Shown here: one piece after another, positions 37,895 to 50,547 of the stretch
Numbering within the stretch: position 1 is the stretch's first letter
How the letters are laid out: each line of letters opens with the position of its first letter
NCBI GenBank assembly: GCA_020137815.1
Contig: CM035359.1
Coordinates: 1,674,001 to 1,738,000, forward strand
Length of the DNA: 64,000 bases
Reading direction: 5' to 3'
Origin: Hormiphora californensis
Taxonomy: Eukaryota > Animalia > Ctenophora
Notes under the pieces: generated by a model
Databases searched by the model: none
The model's input: the letters and a program-made list of their open reading frames with translations, nothing else
What the model was told of the DNA's origin: nothing
Translations under genes and position numbers: made by a program

Positions 37895-39390
37895 CAGTCG
37901 GACCCCGATTTAGTGGCATCCTCGGGGGAAAAAATCCTGCCACTAAATCGGGGTGCCACTAAATCGAGGTGAGCCATATTTGGCCCATAAAAACCTATTT
38001 TATGCTATACTAAGACTAAAGACACCTCTAACTGTTATATGCAATATTCATGTATTGATGACCTGATTAGTCCTAGGCGTTTGCCCGTTTCAGGAATTTT
38101 TAGATAACCATGCGAGACCTTCACTAAAAGTATGCTATAGGTCCCTAGAATCACCAAAAAAAAGTTTACCACTTAGGGCGCGCACAGACTGTTCATGCGT
38201 GATCATGTCCATGCGTGGACAAGATTTTGATCAAGTCACGCAGACTGTTCAAGCTTGATCATCTGATCAGGCTTGGACAGTAAAAACTGAAACTTTTTCA
38301 TATCAAAGCAAAACCCACTGTACCCGACTAATTTTGATACTCTGATCTGAATCACGTAAGCTAGTTTTCAAATCCTTCGGAGGTCGGGAAAGTGTCCTAA
38401 TTGGGCATAATTGGGTCTAATTGACCCTACTTACAACTTGTCACCTGGAAATGACGTGAGGGCACTTTTCCGACTAATTTTGATACGCTGAATCACATAA
38501 GCAACTTTTCCAAGCCCCCAGAGGTCGGGAAATGCCCTAATTGAGCAATTAAGGTCAATTAGATCCAATTATACTCAATTAGGACACTTTCCCGACCTCT
38601 GGGGGCGTGGAAAAGTTGTTCATGTGATTCAGCGTATCAAAATTAGTCGGAAAAGTGCCCTCACATAAGCGTCTATTATTTCCAGGTGACAGGTTTTAAA
38701 TTAAGTGGGGTTAATTAGACCCAATTATGCCCAATTAGAACACTTTCCTGACCTCTGACGGATTTGAAAACTAGCTTACGTGATTCAGAGTATCAAAATT
38801 AGTCGGGTACAGTAGTTTTTGCTGATATGAATAATTTTCAGTGTTTACTGTCCAAGCTTGATCAGATGATCAAGTTTGAACAGTCTGCGTGACTTGATCA
38901 AAATCTTGTCCACGCATGGACATGATCACGCATGAACAGTCTGTGCGCGCTCATAAACTTCCCCAGAACAAAAAATTCCTTCACCAACGTGTCCCTAAGG
39001 GTCTTCTGGAACACCTCTGAGCTTTGTTACTTGCGGGTTGAGGGGCAACATGGTCATTTCCGGGTGTGTGTGCCACCTGTAACTTCAGGCAGAGCCTAAT
39101 ATTGTAAATAATTTTAGAATTAGAGTAGAGATTAAAATCAGGATACTAAAGTATGTAGTGAGGGGGTAGACAGTACTAGTCTACACTGTCTACTAGACAC
39201 CCATGAAAAGTTCCTATCTCATTTGGTTAATTAGATAATTAGATAATTAGATGTATGCATATCCGTGTTTCAGCTATTATATGGCTTAAAAAGGTCATAC
39301 TATGACCGAACATGTTATGTGGCTTAGATCAGACCTGTGAATGATCCTGAGGCCCTGCTTGATACCCCTCATGCCCTACTAGATACCTTT
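37895..39390. mobile_element. Long pogo-family non-autonomous element; diverged inverted copy at about 47430-49502
   Basis: TA-cagtcggaccccgatttagtggc start; 38070-38157 versus 48641-48730, 38973-39150 versus 47850-48228, 39220-39390 versus 47435-47800. Confidence 0.65.
38176..38952. mobile_element. Foldback MITE (Harbinger-like, TTA/ATA flanks)
   Basis: gggcgcgcacagactgttcatgcgtg...cacgcatgaacagtctgtgcgcgctc; nearly wholly palindromic. Confidence 0.82.
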
Positions 39391-39528
39391 CAGATGTAGC
39401 TAGAAACCTCTAAAACCCTACTTATAGGAACCACTCAGCTGAGTGGTTCCTAGTTGTTAGACACTGACTGTACATCGCGCAACCTCACGTAGCCGCACCG
39501 GGCCTTCGGCCCGGTGCGGAGAGGACGG

Positions 39529-41094
39529 TCTTATATGAGACAATAGTTCCTAGTAGGGTTTTAGAGGTTTCTAGATCCCACCAGATACCCCTCAGAGTCT
39601 ACAAGATGCCCCTGAGATTCTACTAAGTACCCTTCAGACCCTATAAGATGCCCCTTTAAGAGTTGAGACCCTTCTAGATACCCCTGCTATAATAATACAG
39701 TCGGACCCCGATTTACCGGAACCTCGATTTACCGGGAGGATAAACTTCCCCCGATATAGGAAATTAACGGTATTTGAACCCGATATACCCGGCACCCCGA
39801 TTTACCGGGCAAAACCCTTTCCCCCGAGCATCCCGGTAAATCGGGGTCCGACTGTATTGCCCGGCCGAGACAGATATTAATAAGGGGACTCTTAGGACTT
39901 AGACCCATAGATACTACTACAACGGCTGATTTTCTCCCATAAATGCCTCTGGGCATGTCTCTACTAACGACTATTCCACACTATTTAGCGTTGAAGTCAA
40001 CTTATATTTTGGTAAAATATTCAACTGCATGATATTACTGATGTCAAAACTCCCTCTCTCTGATCACTCTCTTTCTCTCACACACACTCTCGTTTGTATG
40101 CTGAATTTAGAAGAAAAAAGAACGGCTCTTGACAAGGATCAATATTATGCACCGGGAAGAAAGCGATATTAGCTACCAACTCCCATACTAGTCTAAAAAT
40201 CAGAGCACACGTGCTAAAACGATCATCTGGGCAGGGAAAATATAAAGTTGTTCAAGTTGTATGATATAAACTTAATAATGCTCGATCGTTGAGCTTGAGT
40301 TGACCCTCTCCCTTTATCTTAATCTCTCTTTTTTCTCTATAGTCTCTCCATATCTCTCACTCCGTGACTAGCCATCTCTGACGTGTCGGTGCTTAAGGAA
40401 TGCTTTAATAATTCTTTGCCTTGGATTATCTCTCCATTCTTTTATGTGTCTCTTACTCAAGCATCGGCGTGCCAAAGCTAATGGCTTTGTTTTTCATAAT
40501 GGCTATATCGAGCTGAGGCAAAGAAGAGTTAGATGGATAGAGAGGGAGAGATCTGTCTATCTGTCTGTCTGTCTGTCTGTCATGTCTGTCTGTCATGTCT
40601 GTCTTTCCGTCTGCCTGTCCATCTGACTGCTCGTGGCAATAATTATTAACTCTGTGTCTGCTATTGCTAAATTATTCATATCCAACAATCGAATAGCAAT
40701 GATCATCGGGGGGGGGGGGGGGGCACGGCGTGCCCCAGGGTATTTTAACCCTTTGAGACCGATAGGGTCACCAGTGACCCCACGCTAATTATGCATCTAG
40801 CGTCTGTCCGAACTAAATCTAAGAAGTTTAAATGGTTTTCCGGGTTAGAATAGACACTTTTTGGCTGTTTTTGGGGTCATTTTAAGCTTTAAACATCTTA
40901 GTTTACTAGAAATGCCAACTCTAAGCCATAAAAGTTGAAATTTTGGTGTAAAGTTGGCCATATCTCTAAAACGGTATAAGTAAGCCAATAATGGACCTAC
41001 AAATCAAAAGAAAACCATAGGTTTTACCCCGGTATGAAGTTTCGTGATAATTTGATCAAATTTACAACGCTCAGAGGGCAAATAATGCCGGGGT
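39529..41094 (+). repeat. Left arm of 1.57-kb near-perfect inverted duplication
   Basis: Reverse complement of 44043-45615; mirrored identical ORFs 39729-39956/45188-45415 and 40444-40626/44518-44700. Confidence 0.95.
39698..39854. mobile_element. pogo-type MITE (mirror copy at 45290-45446)
   Basis: TA-cagtcggaccccgatttacc...ggtaaatcggggtccgactg-TA. Confidence 0.9.
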
Positions 41095-41111
41095 CACCAG
41101 TGACCCTATCG
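40749..41111. mobile_element. piggyBac-like MITE at TTAA, right terminal repeat cut by the RTE insertion
   Basis: ttaa-ccctttgagaccgatagggtcaccagtgacccc...ggggtcaccagtgaccctatcg; the paralog at 47400-47415 lacks it (gggtattttaa|catttg). Confidence 0.78.
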
Positions 41112-44042
41112 TCCTACTTGGTACGGTCTCCTCAATCATTCGAGTGGCCGGCTCCAAGTATCCTCGCTCGTAATGACGTGAGCTGTCTCCACTCATTTCT
41201 GTTCTCTGCAGTGTTAGTAATTGCACGGAGAGACTGGGATTGACCCGTAGCGTCTCGATAATCATTCAGCACACAGGAGGACCAGGTTTTACGCGGTCTT
41301 CCTCTGGAACGTCTCCCATGACTAGGCACCCAGTGGTAGAGTTTGTTGGGCACCCTACCCTCAGGCATTCTAATCAGGTGTCCAAACCAGCGGAGTCTCC
41401 CATTGCCAATGAACTTCGAGATTGGTTCTATCCCCGCCCTCTCCAGTACCTCCCTGTTAGATACTCTCCTAAACCACTGTATTCTCAGGATTCTACGCAG
41501 GCACCGTTGGTGGAACGCCTCCACCCGGCGATCTTGGACCTGAGTAGTTGTCCAGGCCTCACAACCATAGAGAAGAACTGTCAGAACAGCAGCTCTGTAT
41601 ATCCTGATCTTGGTACAGGTCCTGATGTTACGGTTGTACCAGATCCTACAAAGCATACTGAATGCACTGTAAGCCTTCCCTATCCTGATACCAAGCTCCT
41701 TGTCGATGGTACCGTCAGAGGACAACGCCGATCCGAGATAGGTAAAACTGGAAACCTGCTCAACCGGATTACCCTCCACAGAGATGCTGACCGTATCCGC
41801 CTCTGAAAATGGGCGCTGGCTAGACCCTTTGAAAAAGCCACAACTTTGGTCTTCTTCGCATTAATCTTCAGACCAGCGTACCCTGCGTATTTTACCAGCA
41901 AATCTGTTGACTCCTGGAGCCCTTCCTCAGTATCATCCATTACAGCCATGTCATCAGCATAGTCGAGATCCATGATCCATTCCCCACCCTCATCACTCTC
42001 AGCGCCGTGAAGAGTGAGACCCCTGGAGACAGTCTTGTTGGACTCAGCAAGCTGAGCCGCCCAGTTAATCACGATGTTGAAGACTGGTGGACCCTGAATG
42101 TCGCCCTGACCGGTACCACTGAGGACACTGAACCAGCTGGAGAGCTCCCCGTCATGTTTCACTGCACTCATAGTACCGTCAAAGAATGCTCGAATTATCC
42201 GGACATACTTCTCTGGAAGACCATAATGGCGAAATGCGGCCCAGATAAAATCCCTGTTAATACAATCGAATGCTGATTTGAAGTCAATAAAGTTTATATA
42301 CAACGGTAAATTATATTCTATACACTGATGGATGATGGTACGGAGGGAATAAATCTGATCCACACAAGACCGGTTACGTCTGAATCCACACTGATTCTCT
42401 CGAAGTGCCAATTCAAGACCAGAAGACAACCTGTTCAGCATAATTATCTGGAACAGCTTGGAAGTGGTAGATCGCAGAGTGATGCCCCTATTATTTGAGC
42501 ACACACTGGCGTCACCCTTCTTGGGAATCACCGAGATGACACCCTTTAACCACTCCTCCGGGACCTTCTCCTCCCTCCAGACTCCACCAAACAGATCCAC
42601 AAGGGGGCCAACAAGACCGGACGAGCCATACCGTAGCTGTTCGTTCGAGATCCCATCAACGCCAGGACTCTTATGGTTTTTGAGCCTGTTCAGTGCCACT
42701 AAAACTTCTCCACGAGAAGGCGGAGGATCATCCTCACCAAGATCCTCAAAGCACGGGTCCACCTCCAGACCATCCAGATCCGAGAGCTGTGATGTAGTTA
42801 CAGGGGGGTTTAGCAGCTCAGAGAAGTGCTCCGCCCAGCGCTCCCGCTGTTGAACAGGATCAGCGATGAGTTCACCGTTCCTATCACGAACAGCAGTACC
42901 GCCGCGTTTCCTCACACCTGACAGATCTTTCATATGCTGCCAAAGTTCCCTCTGCCGCCCGTGCACCGCAGCATCCTCCAGATCAGACGCCAAACTATCC
43001 GCCCACCTTTCATCGTCCACCCGTGCTGCTTTCTTGACCAGCTTATTAAGCCTAGAGTACTCAGATCCACCCTCGGGATCATTCTTCTTCAGCTCAGCAC
43101 GTTGGGCGATGAAGTCTCGAGTCTCCAGAGACAAGTGCTGCTGACGAATCCGTTTCGGCCGCGCTCCCAGGACCTCCAGTGACACCTCACCGATTACCTC
43201 CTTAAGTTGCCGCCACTGACCCTCCAGACTTTCCTCAGGCTCCAGAGATTCAAACCTGTTCCGGAGAGAGACATTGTATTCCGTGCGTGTCTCATCACAC
43301 CCCTTCCTGAGATTCTCTATAGCTGGAACCTCCCTGACCGGTTTCCTACAGTTCTTAGCTGCACTCAGCCGGATCCTAACCTTACCCCGAACCAGGTAGT
43401 GATCAGACCCGATGTCTGCACTCCTTAGGACCCTAACATCCAACAGAGAACTTCGCCACTTGTTGCCGACACACAGATGGTCTATCTGCGTCACAGTGGT
43501 ACCGTCAGGAGATCTCCAGGTTCCCTTGTGGTGATCCCTATGAGGGAACATCTTCCCACCAATAGACAACTGGTGAATCCCACACAAATCCTCCAACCGC
43601 TCACCGTTGTCATTAGAAACTTGGTGGAGAGAGTGCCCGCCACCAACCCTCGCGTTGAAATCCCCGCCCAAGAAGACCACGTCCTGCCGAGGAAGCCTAT
43701 CCAAAACCGATGATAACTGGTTGTAGAACTCCTCCTTGACCGCGTCATCCTTATCATTGGTTGGAGCATATGCAATAACAAGGGAGATATTAACATGTTT
43801 GGTGTGCAGTCGGGCTGCCATGATGCGCTCAGAGAAGGGACTGTAGGAAATTAAGGACTTCTTGACAGATTTTGATAACACCAACCCAACACCTTGCCGC
43901 CTCAAACCATCTGCCCTGCCAGAGTTAATAAAAAGATGCCCGTTATCCAGGGTCATAACCTCCGTACCAGGCCAGTGCGTTTCTGTGAGAAGCAAAACGT
44001 CAAGTTGGAAAGATGAAACTGCGTTTGATAATTCGTACGCTA
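41112..44042 (-). mobile_element. RTE-clade LINE, slightly 5'-truncated
   Basis: APE-RT ORF with C-terminal GRPRKTW, very short 3' UTR ending ccaagta. Confidence 0.92.
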
Positions 44043-44103
44043 ACCCCGGCATTATTTGCCCTCTGAGCGTTGTAAATTTGATCAAATTATCACGAAACTT
44101 CAT
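41132..44103 (-). CDS. RTE ORF (APE plus RT), one frameshift near 41815; ATG supplied by the flanking inverted arm
   Basis: LTETHW, GVG, AYAPT, GDFNAR, QIDH, GSDH; NNRGITL, QCGFRRNRSCVDQI, DFKSAFD, YADD, FTYLGS, LLYGCEAW, RLRWFGH, GRPRKTW. Confidence 0.9.
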
Positions 44104-45615
44104 ACCGGGGTAAAACCTATGGTTTTCTTTTGATTTGTAGGTCCATTATTGGCTTACTTATACCGTTTTAGAGATATGGCCAACTTTACACCAAAATTTC
44201 AACTTTTATGGCTTAGAGTTGGCATTTCTAGTAAACTAAGATGTTTAAAGCTTAAAATGACCCCAAAAACAGCCAAAAAGTGTCTATTCTAACCCGGAAA
44301 ACCATTTAAACTTCTTAGATTTAGTTCGGACAGACGCTAGATGCATAATTAGCGTGGGGTCACTGGTGACCCTATCGGTCTCAAAGGGTTAAAATACCCT
44401 GGGGCACGCCGTGCCCCCCCCCCCCCCCCCCCCCCCGATGATCATTGCTATTCGATTGTTGGATATGAATAATTTAGCAATAGCAGACACAGAGTTAATA
44501 ATTATTGCCACGAGCAGTCAGATGGACAGGCAGACGGAAAGACAGACATGACAGACAGACATGACAGACAGACAGACAGACAGATAGACAGATCTCTCCC
44601 TCTCTATCCATCTAACTCTTCTTTGCCTCAGCTCGATATAGCCATTATGAAAAACAAAGCCATTAGCTTTGGCACGCCGATGCTTGAGTAAGAGACACAT
44701 AAAAGAATGGAGAGATAATCCAAGGCAAAGAATTATTAAAGCATTCCTTAAGCACCGACACGTCAGAGATGGCTAGTCACGGAGTGAGAGATATGGAGAG
44801 ACTATAGAGAAAAAAGAGAGATTAAGATAAAGGGAGAGGGTCAACTCAAGCTCAACGATCGAGCATTATTAAGTTTATATCATACAACTTGAACAACTTT
44901 ATATTTTCCCTGCCCAGATGATCGTTTTAGCACGTGTGCTCTGATTTTTAGACTAGTATGGGAGTTGGTAGCTAATATCGCTTTCTTCCCGGTGCATAAT
45001 ATTGATCCTTGTCAAGAGCCGTTCTTTTTTCTTCTAAATTCAGCATACAAACGAGAGTGTGTGTGAGAGAAAGAGAGTGATCAGAGAGAGGGAGTTTTGA
45101 CATCAGTAATATCATGCAGTTGAATATTTTACCAAAATATAAGTTGACTTCAACGCTAAATAGTGTGGAATAGTCGTTAGTAGAGACATGCCCAGAGGCA
45201 TTTATGGGAGAAAATCAGCCGTTGTAGTAGTATCTATGGGTCTAAGTCCTAAGAGTCCCCTTATTAATATCTGTCTCGGCCGGGCAATACAGTCGGACCC
45301 CGATTTACCGGGATGCTCGGGGGAAAGGGTTTTGCCCGGTAAATCGGGGTGCCGGGTATATCGGGTTCAAATACCGTTAATTTCCTATATCGGGGGAAGT
45401 TTATCCTCCCGGTAAATCGAGGTTCCGGTAAATCGGGGTCCGACTGTATTATTATAGCAGGGGTATCTAGAAGGGTCTCAACTCTTAAAGGGGCATCTTA
45501 TAGGGTCTGAAGGGTACTTAGTAGAATCTCAGGGGCATCTTGTAGACTCTGAGGGGTATCTGGTGGGATCTAGAAACCTCTAAAACCCTACTAGGAACTA
45601 TTGTCTCATATAAGA
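44043..45615 (-). repeat. Right arm of the inverted duplication
   Basis: Reverse complement of 39529-41094; the only difference seen is a poly-G/poly-C run length. Confidence 0.95.
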
Positions 45616-45779
45616 TGTACAGTTGGACCTCGATTTATTTGAAGTTGGGTACGAAAATTACCGGGAGGATAACCCCTTTCCCGTCCCCGAGCATCGCGGT
45701 ACGACTGTGCTGGTTAAACACATGTGTAATTTTCATTCAATAGGCACATATCTACCACTAATTCCTACTGGCATGGGTT

Positions 45780-46475
45780 ATCCAGAATGGTCTTCGAAAA
45801 CGGTCGAGTCTAGACATCATTATTTGAGACGTTGTCTAGACGTTGTTTAGACGGTATTCTTATCGAAATTGCTGGAGAAGTTGTCTAGACGGTATTTGAA
45901 ACTGAATCGCGAGATTCTGTTTAGACGTTGTCTAGACGTTGTTTAGACGGTATGTTGACCGGTTTCAGTTGAGACGTTGTCTAGACGGTACTTTCATCGA
46001 TTTTCCTTTAGACTGCGTTGAGACGTACTTTTAAAACTCCGTCTGAAATACAGACGGAGTTCTAAAAGTCCGTCTCAACGTCTGATACAATTTTCAGACG
46101 TGCCGTCTCAATTTCGGACGGATACCGTCTAGACACCGTCCAGACGCCGTCCAGACGCCGGGACGGTACCGTCTAGACACCGTCTAGAGACCGTCTGATA
46201 CCGTCGCAACACCGTCTGATACCGTCTATAACCCGTCTAGAGACCGTCTGATACCGTCTATAACCCGTCTCAAGCAATTTCGGTACCGTTTTTAGCTGAT
46301 TTCACCGAAACCCGTCCAGACGGTATACCGTCTAGACGCCGTCTAGACGGCGTTGCGACGCCGTCTAGACGCCGTATGCCGCAAATGAGAAATTGCCGTT
46401 ATAACTAGCAGTTATAACTGCCTCCTATAGTAGGTGGTCAGGTGGATACTCGTCTAGATGCGTCTAGATGCAATG
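45780..46475. repeat. GTCTAGAC/GACGG-rich repeat cluster, probably transposon subterminal repeats
   Basis: Dozens of (c)gtctagac(g) units in both orientations; a similar acgtcta array lies at 56995-57290. Confidence 0.65.
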
Positions 46476-46726
46476 TAGAGAAAGATGGAATCGATTCTCA
46501 TGAATATGATCGATCATTTACATACCGCAGGGCATCGTCGTATACGTGGGGCGCGGCAACAGCCGTCTTGATTCTTTTGCGCACGAAATTCAGCCATGGC
46601 CAGCGAAAATAGGCCCATTAATGGGCCTATCCAGTAAAAATGGGCCCATTTTGTTGTTAATGGGCCCATTAATGGACGTAAATGGGCCCATTTTCACCAG
46701 AAATGGACGCGCGACCTTTACTAGGG

Positions 46727-47410
46727 TCACTCTCTTTCTCTCACACACACTCTCGTTTGTATGCTGAATTTAGAAGAAAAAAGAACGGCTCTTGACAAGG
46801 ATCAATATTATGCACCGGGAAGAAAGCGATATTAGCTACCAACTCCCATACTAGTCTAAAAATCAGAGCACACGTGCTAAAACGATCATCTGGGCAGGGA
46901 AAATATAAAGTTGTTCAAGTTGTATGATATAAACTTAATAATGCTCGATCGTTGAGCTTGAGTTGACCCTCTCCCTTTATCTTAATCTCTCTTTTTTCTC
47001 TATAGTCTCTCCATATCTCTCACTCCGTGACTAGCCATCTCTGACGTGTCGGTGCTTAAGGAATGCTTTAATAATTCTTTGCCTTGGATTATCTCTCCAT
47101 TCTTTTATGTGTCTCTTACTCAAGCATCGGCGTGCCAAAGCTAATGGCTTTGTTTTTCATAATGGTTATATCGAGCTGAGGCAAAGAAGAGTTAGATGGA
47201 TAGAGAGGGAGAGATCTGTCTATCTGTCTGTCTGTCTGTCATGTCTGTCTGTCATGTCTGTCTTTCCGTCTGCCTGTCCATCTGACTGCTCGTGGCAATA
47301 ATTATTAACTCTGTGTCTGCTATTGCTAAATTATTCATATCCAACAATCGAATAGCAATGATCATCGGGGGGGGGGGGGGGGGGCCACGGCGTGCCCCAG
47401 GGTATTTTAA
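46727..47410 (+). repeat. Third (direct) copy of 40065-40748, without the piggyBac-like MITE
   Basis: ORF 47107-47301 is nearly the same as 40444-40626. Confidence 0.92.
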
Positions 47411-47530
47411 CATTTGTTTTAGTGACCAAGTGATAAAAGGTATCTAGTAGGGCATTAGGGGTATCATTCACAGGTCTGATCTAAGCCACATAACATGTTC
47501 GGTCATAGTATGAACTTTTTAAGCCATATA

Positions 47531-47746
47531 CAGTCGGACCCCGATTTACCCTGTCTGGCGCCGCGACCCATCTGAGCGCCGCCATACAGGTTGGCTGCGA
47601 AGGGGTTCGCGAAAAATCGCGCGCGAAAAAAGAGGGCGCGACGTGCCCAACCATACAGGATTTACCGGGCGCCGATATACCAGGCACCCCGATTCACCGG
47701 TCAAAACCCTTTCTCCCGAGCATCCCGGTAAATCGGGGTCCGACTG
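47531..47746. mobile_element. pogo-type MITE with TA TSD confirmed by an empty site
   Basis: aagccataTA[cagtc...gactg]TAatagctg versus empty cagctattatatggctt at 39271-39287. Confidence 0.92.
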
Positions 47747-48730
47747 TAATAGCTGAAACACGGATATGCATACATCTAATTATCTAATTGACCAAATGAG
47801 ATGAGGCACTTTTGATGGGTGTCTACCCCCACTAATGCGAGGACGCTACATACTTTAATATCCTGATTTTAATCTCTACTCCAATTCTAAAATTATTTCC
47901 AATATTGGGCTCTGCCTGAAGTTACAGGTGGCACAACAACAACAACAACAACAAAATGGATTTATATACCGACTAAATAAACAAGTACTCTCGATTGGTT
48001 CGAAGAGCAGTTGCCATTCATAGCGGTTCTCTCATCCTATCTTGACATATTGGTTGACAAAAGGTCTTAAATGGTAACTCATACTGGTGACTTATAACTG
48101 ACATATATAGTAGACACACACCCGGTAGACACACACCCGGAAATGACCATGTTGCCCCTCAACCCGCAAGTAACAAAGCTCAGAGGTGTTCCAGAAGACC
48201 CTTAGGGACACGTTGGTGAAGGAATTTTGATGTTCCAAATTGTTTCCCCAGTCAGGGCGAAAATTGGCATTCTTGTTCTAACATAAAAAAAAGCTTAACT
48301 TATAGCCAATTAGGCCCAATTAGGGCCAATTACGCACCAATTTGGCAGAGCTGAGTCACTAATATGTTTTAAAGGTGATAAGAATAATATTTCTGAACGA
48401 TTGCGACCAACCACGACCGTCTACAACGATTTTGAATTTTTGCCCAATTTAGACCCAAGTTGACCAAATTAACGCCAAATAAGGCACCAATTTTACATAA
48501 TTGGGTCACTATCATGATTTAAAGATGATAAGAATAATATTTCTGAACGATTGCGACCAATTACGACCTTCTACGACGATTTTGAATTTTGAAATCATTA
48601 TTAGCCAATTAGACCCAATTAACGCCAAATTAAGAGAAATTTGGTGATTCTAGGGACCTATAGCATACTTTTAGTGAAGGTCTCGCATGGTTATCTAATA
48701 ATTCCTGCATTTGACTCAAATGCCTAGGAC

Positions 48731-49491
48731 GAATCTATCGGTTATCCCATACTTTCGGGATCCCATACTCCTAATTAGAAGAAAGTATGGGATCTCGGAC
48801 AATTGCCGTATTCCCATACTTTCGAGATCCCATACTTTCGAAGTCCCATTACATACTTTTCGGCTGGGGTTCACTAGATGCTAATCCAATCAATAAAACG
48901 GTGTTTGGTATCGCTAAATTGGGTAATAAATATAATTTAAACCGAGTAATGTGTACATCCGTACCGTTTCACTATTCACGTTGCACATACACGGTGTGAT
49001 TAGAATTTCGTGATCAGATGCTGAATGCTGATCAGATGGTAAATTAACTCGGATCACTTATGGAGTGCGATTACTTAGACAGGGTATCAGTCAATCAAGG
49101 TCATGACAGGCTGATCAGATGGTAAATGAACCATGATTACTTGAGGAGTGCGATTACTAGGGAGCTAGGATATGAACGGTATATATGGTGATTGATTTCG
49201 TCACAATATTATCCAATCAATGATGGACACACCATCCAACTTCTCTCTTGACATCTCCGGATTATTGAGGACCTCCCTTGACTGCTAATAAGTTTCCCTG
49301 AATTATGTGTTTCATACCCCGAATCATGTGTCTCACACTGATAATAGGGCATGCCAAATTCGTATCACATACATAATTAGAAAGTATGGGATCTCGGACA
49401 ATTGTCGTGGTCCCATACTTTCGAGATCCCATACTTTCTCTCTCTAATTGGGAGTATGGGATCCCGAAAGTATGGGACTAGGGTGATCACC
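48731..49491. mobile_element. Non-autonomous MULE-type element, 9-bp TSD GCCTAGGAC
   Basis: TSD at 48722-48730 and 49492-49500; subterminal tcccatactttcgggatcccatactc and its reverse complement; empty site at about 38066-38080. Confidence 0.85.
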
Positions 49492-49502
49492 GCCTAGGAC
49501 TA

Positions 49503-50445
49503 AAAGGTGTCAGTTTGACAACAAAATGGTCACCTTTCCAGCCAACTAATTTCTGTTAGTTTTTGGCATAATTGGGGTATATTTTTGGTATTTTCTGATG
49601 TGAAATACGATGTAAGTCATGTCTGGACGTGTAAAGACCGTCAGGAATCGCTAAAATACGAAAATTTCAATTTTGACGTCATTATGACGTCATAGCGTGA
49701 CGTCACGACGTTATTATGACATAATAGGGATGTATTATTATCAGGCTCATCTAGATAAAGATGCTGACCAAGTTTGAGATCGGTTGAACAAGATTTGAGG
49801 TCGCTATGGCGAAAAACGCACTATCGTCATATCTATTTTCATACAGTCTTAACACTTCAGACGCGATTTGAGACCCTTAGAAATAGAGTTTCACAAATTC
49901 GCGATATAGTTTCTGAAAGTATAGACGATTATCTTTCGTAAGTGTGGTCTCCGTTTTTCAATCAGATTTGAAAAAACTCTTATCTTTATGACAGTTTGTT
50001 AAGACGTTCTGGTTGGACCTAGAACATGAAAACTATTCGTCTACACAATTTGAACGATTATTTTTCGAATGCAAGAAACGAGAAGTGTCTATCTTATGTC
50101 GTTTTCTCTCAAAAATGATTATAAATTTGGTCAAAACAGCGTCTATCCATAGATAGATACATAGATAGATAGATAGATAGATAGACCCGGGACATTTATT
50201 GCTTTTGGCACGATGCTGTATCTCTAAAACTATAAGAGATAGAGACTTGCCCTTTTTAACTACAGTAGATCTAGACTATGTGACACTGTATACCAAATTT
50301 CAGACCGATCGGTGTAGTGGGGGCCTCCCTATGGGCGTCGAAAAATGCCATTTTTGGCTAAAAAGTGAAAAAAGTTATTACTGCACTCTGGCACGCACGG
50401 CTGGGGGGGAGGGATGGTCACCTTTGCGCTTGCCAGCGCAGTGAT
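49503..50445 (+). mobile_element. Complete HINE/DINE-1-like Helentron non-autonomous element
   Basis: 5' aaaggtgtca plus internal inverted copy tggtcaccttt (49527-49537), (TAGA)n at 50150-50185, 3' tggtcaccttt plus hairpin tgcgct-tgcc-agcgca and gtgat. Confidence 0.8.
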
Positions 50446-50547
50446 AAGCTGTTTAGAACATAATTATAACAAGTCCTACTAATGGATTCATTAGTTAGTA
50501 ATTAATTGGATTCATTAGTTAGTAATTAATTGGATTCATTAGTTAGT

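Noticed and set aside
39529-45615. Novel giant inverted-repeat transposon encoding RT
   Set aside because: The arms are a patchwork of local MITEs, a third copy without the piggyBac-like MITE lies at 46727-47410, and there is no outer TSD; a rearrangement is the better explanation
45780-46475. Possible CRISPR-like or iteron array of GTCTAGAC motifs
   Set aside because: Irregular spacing, both orientations and no spacers; typical subterminal repeats
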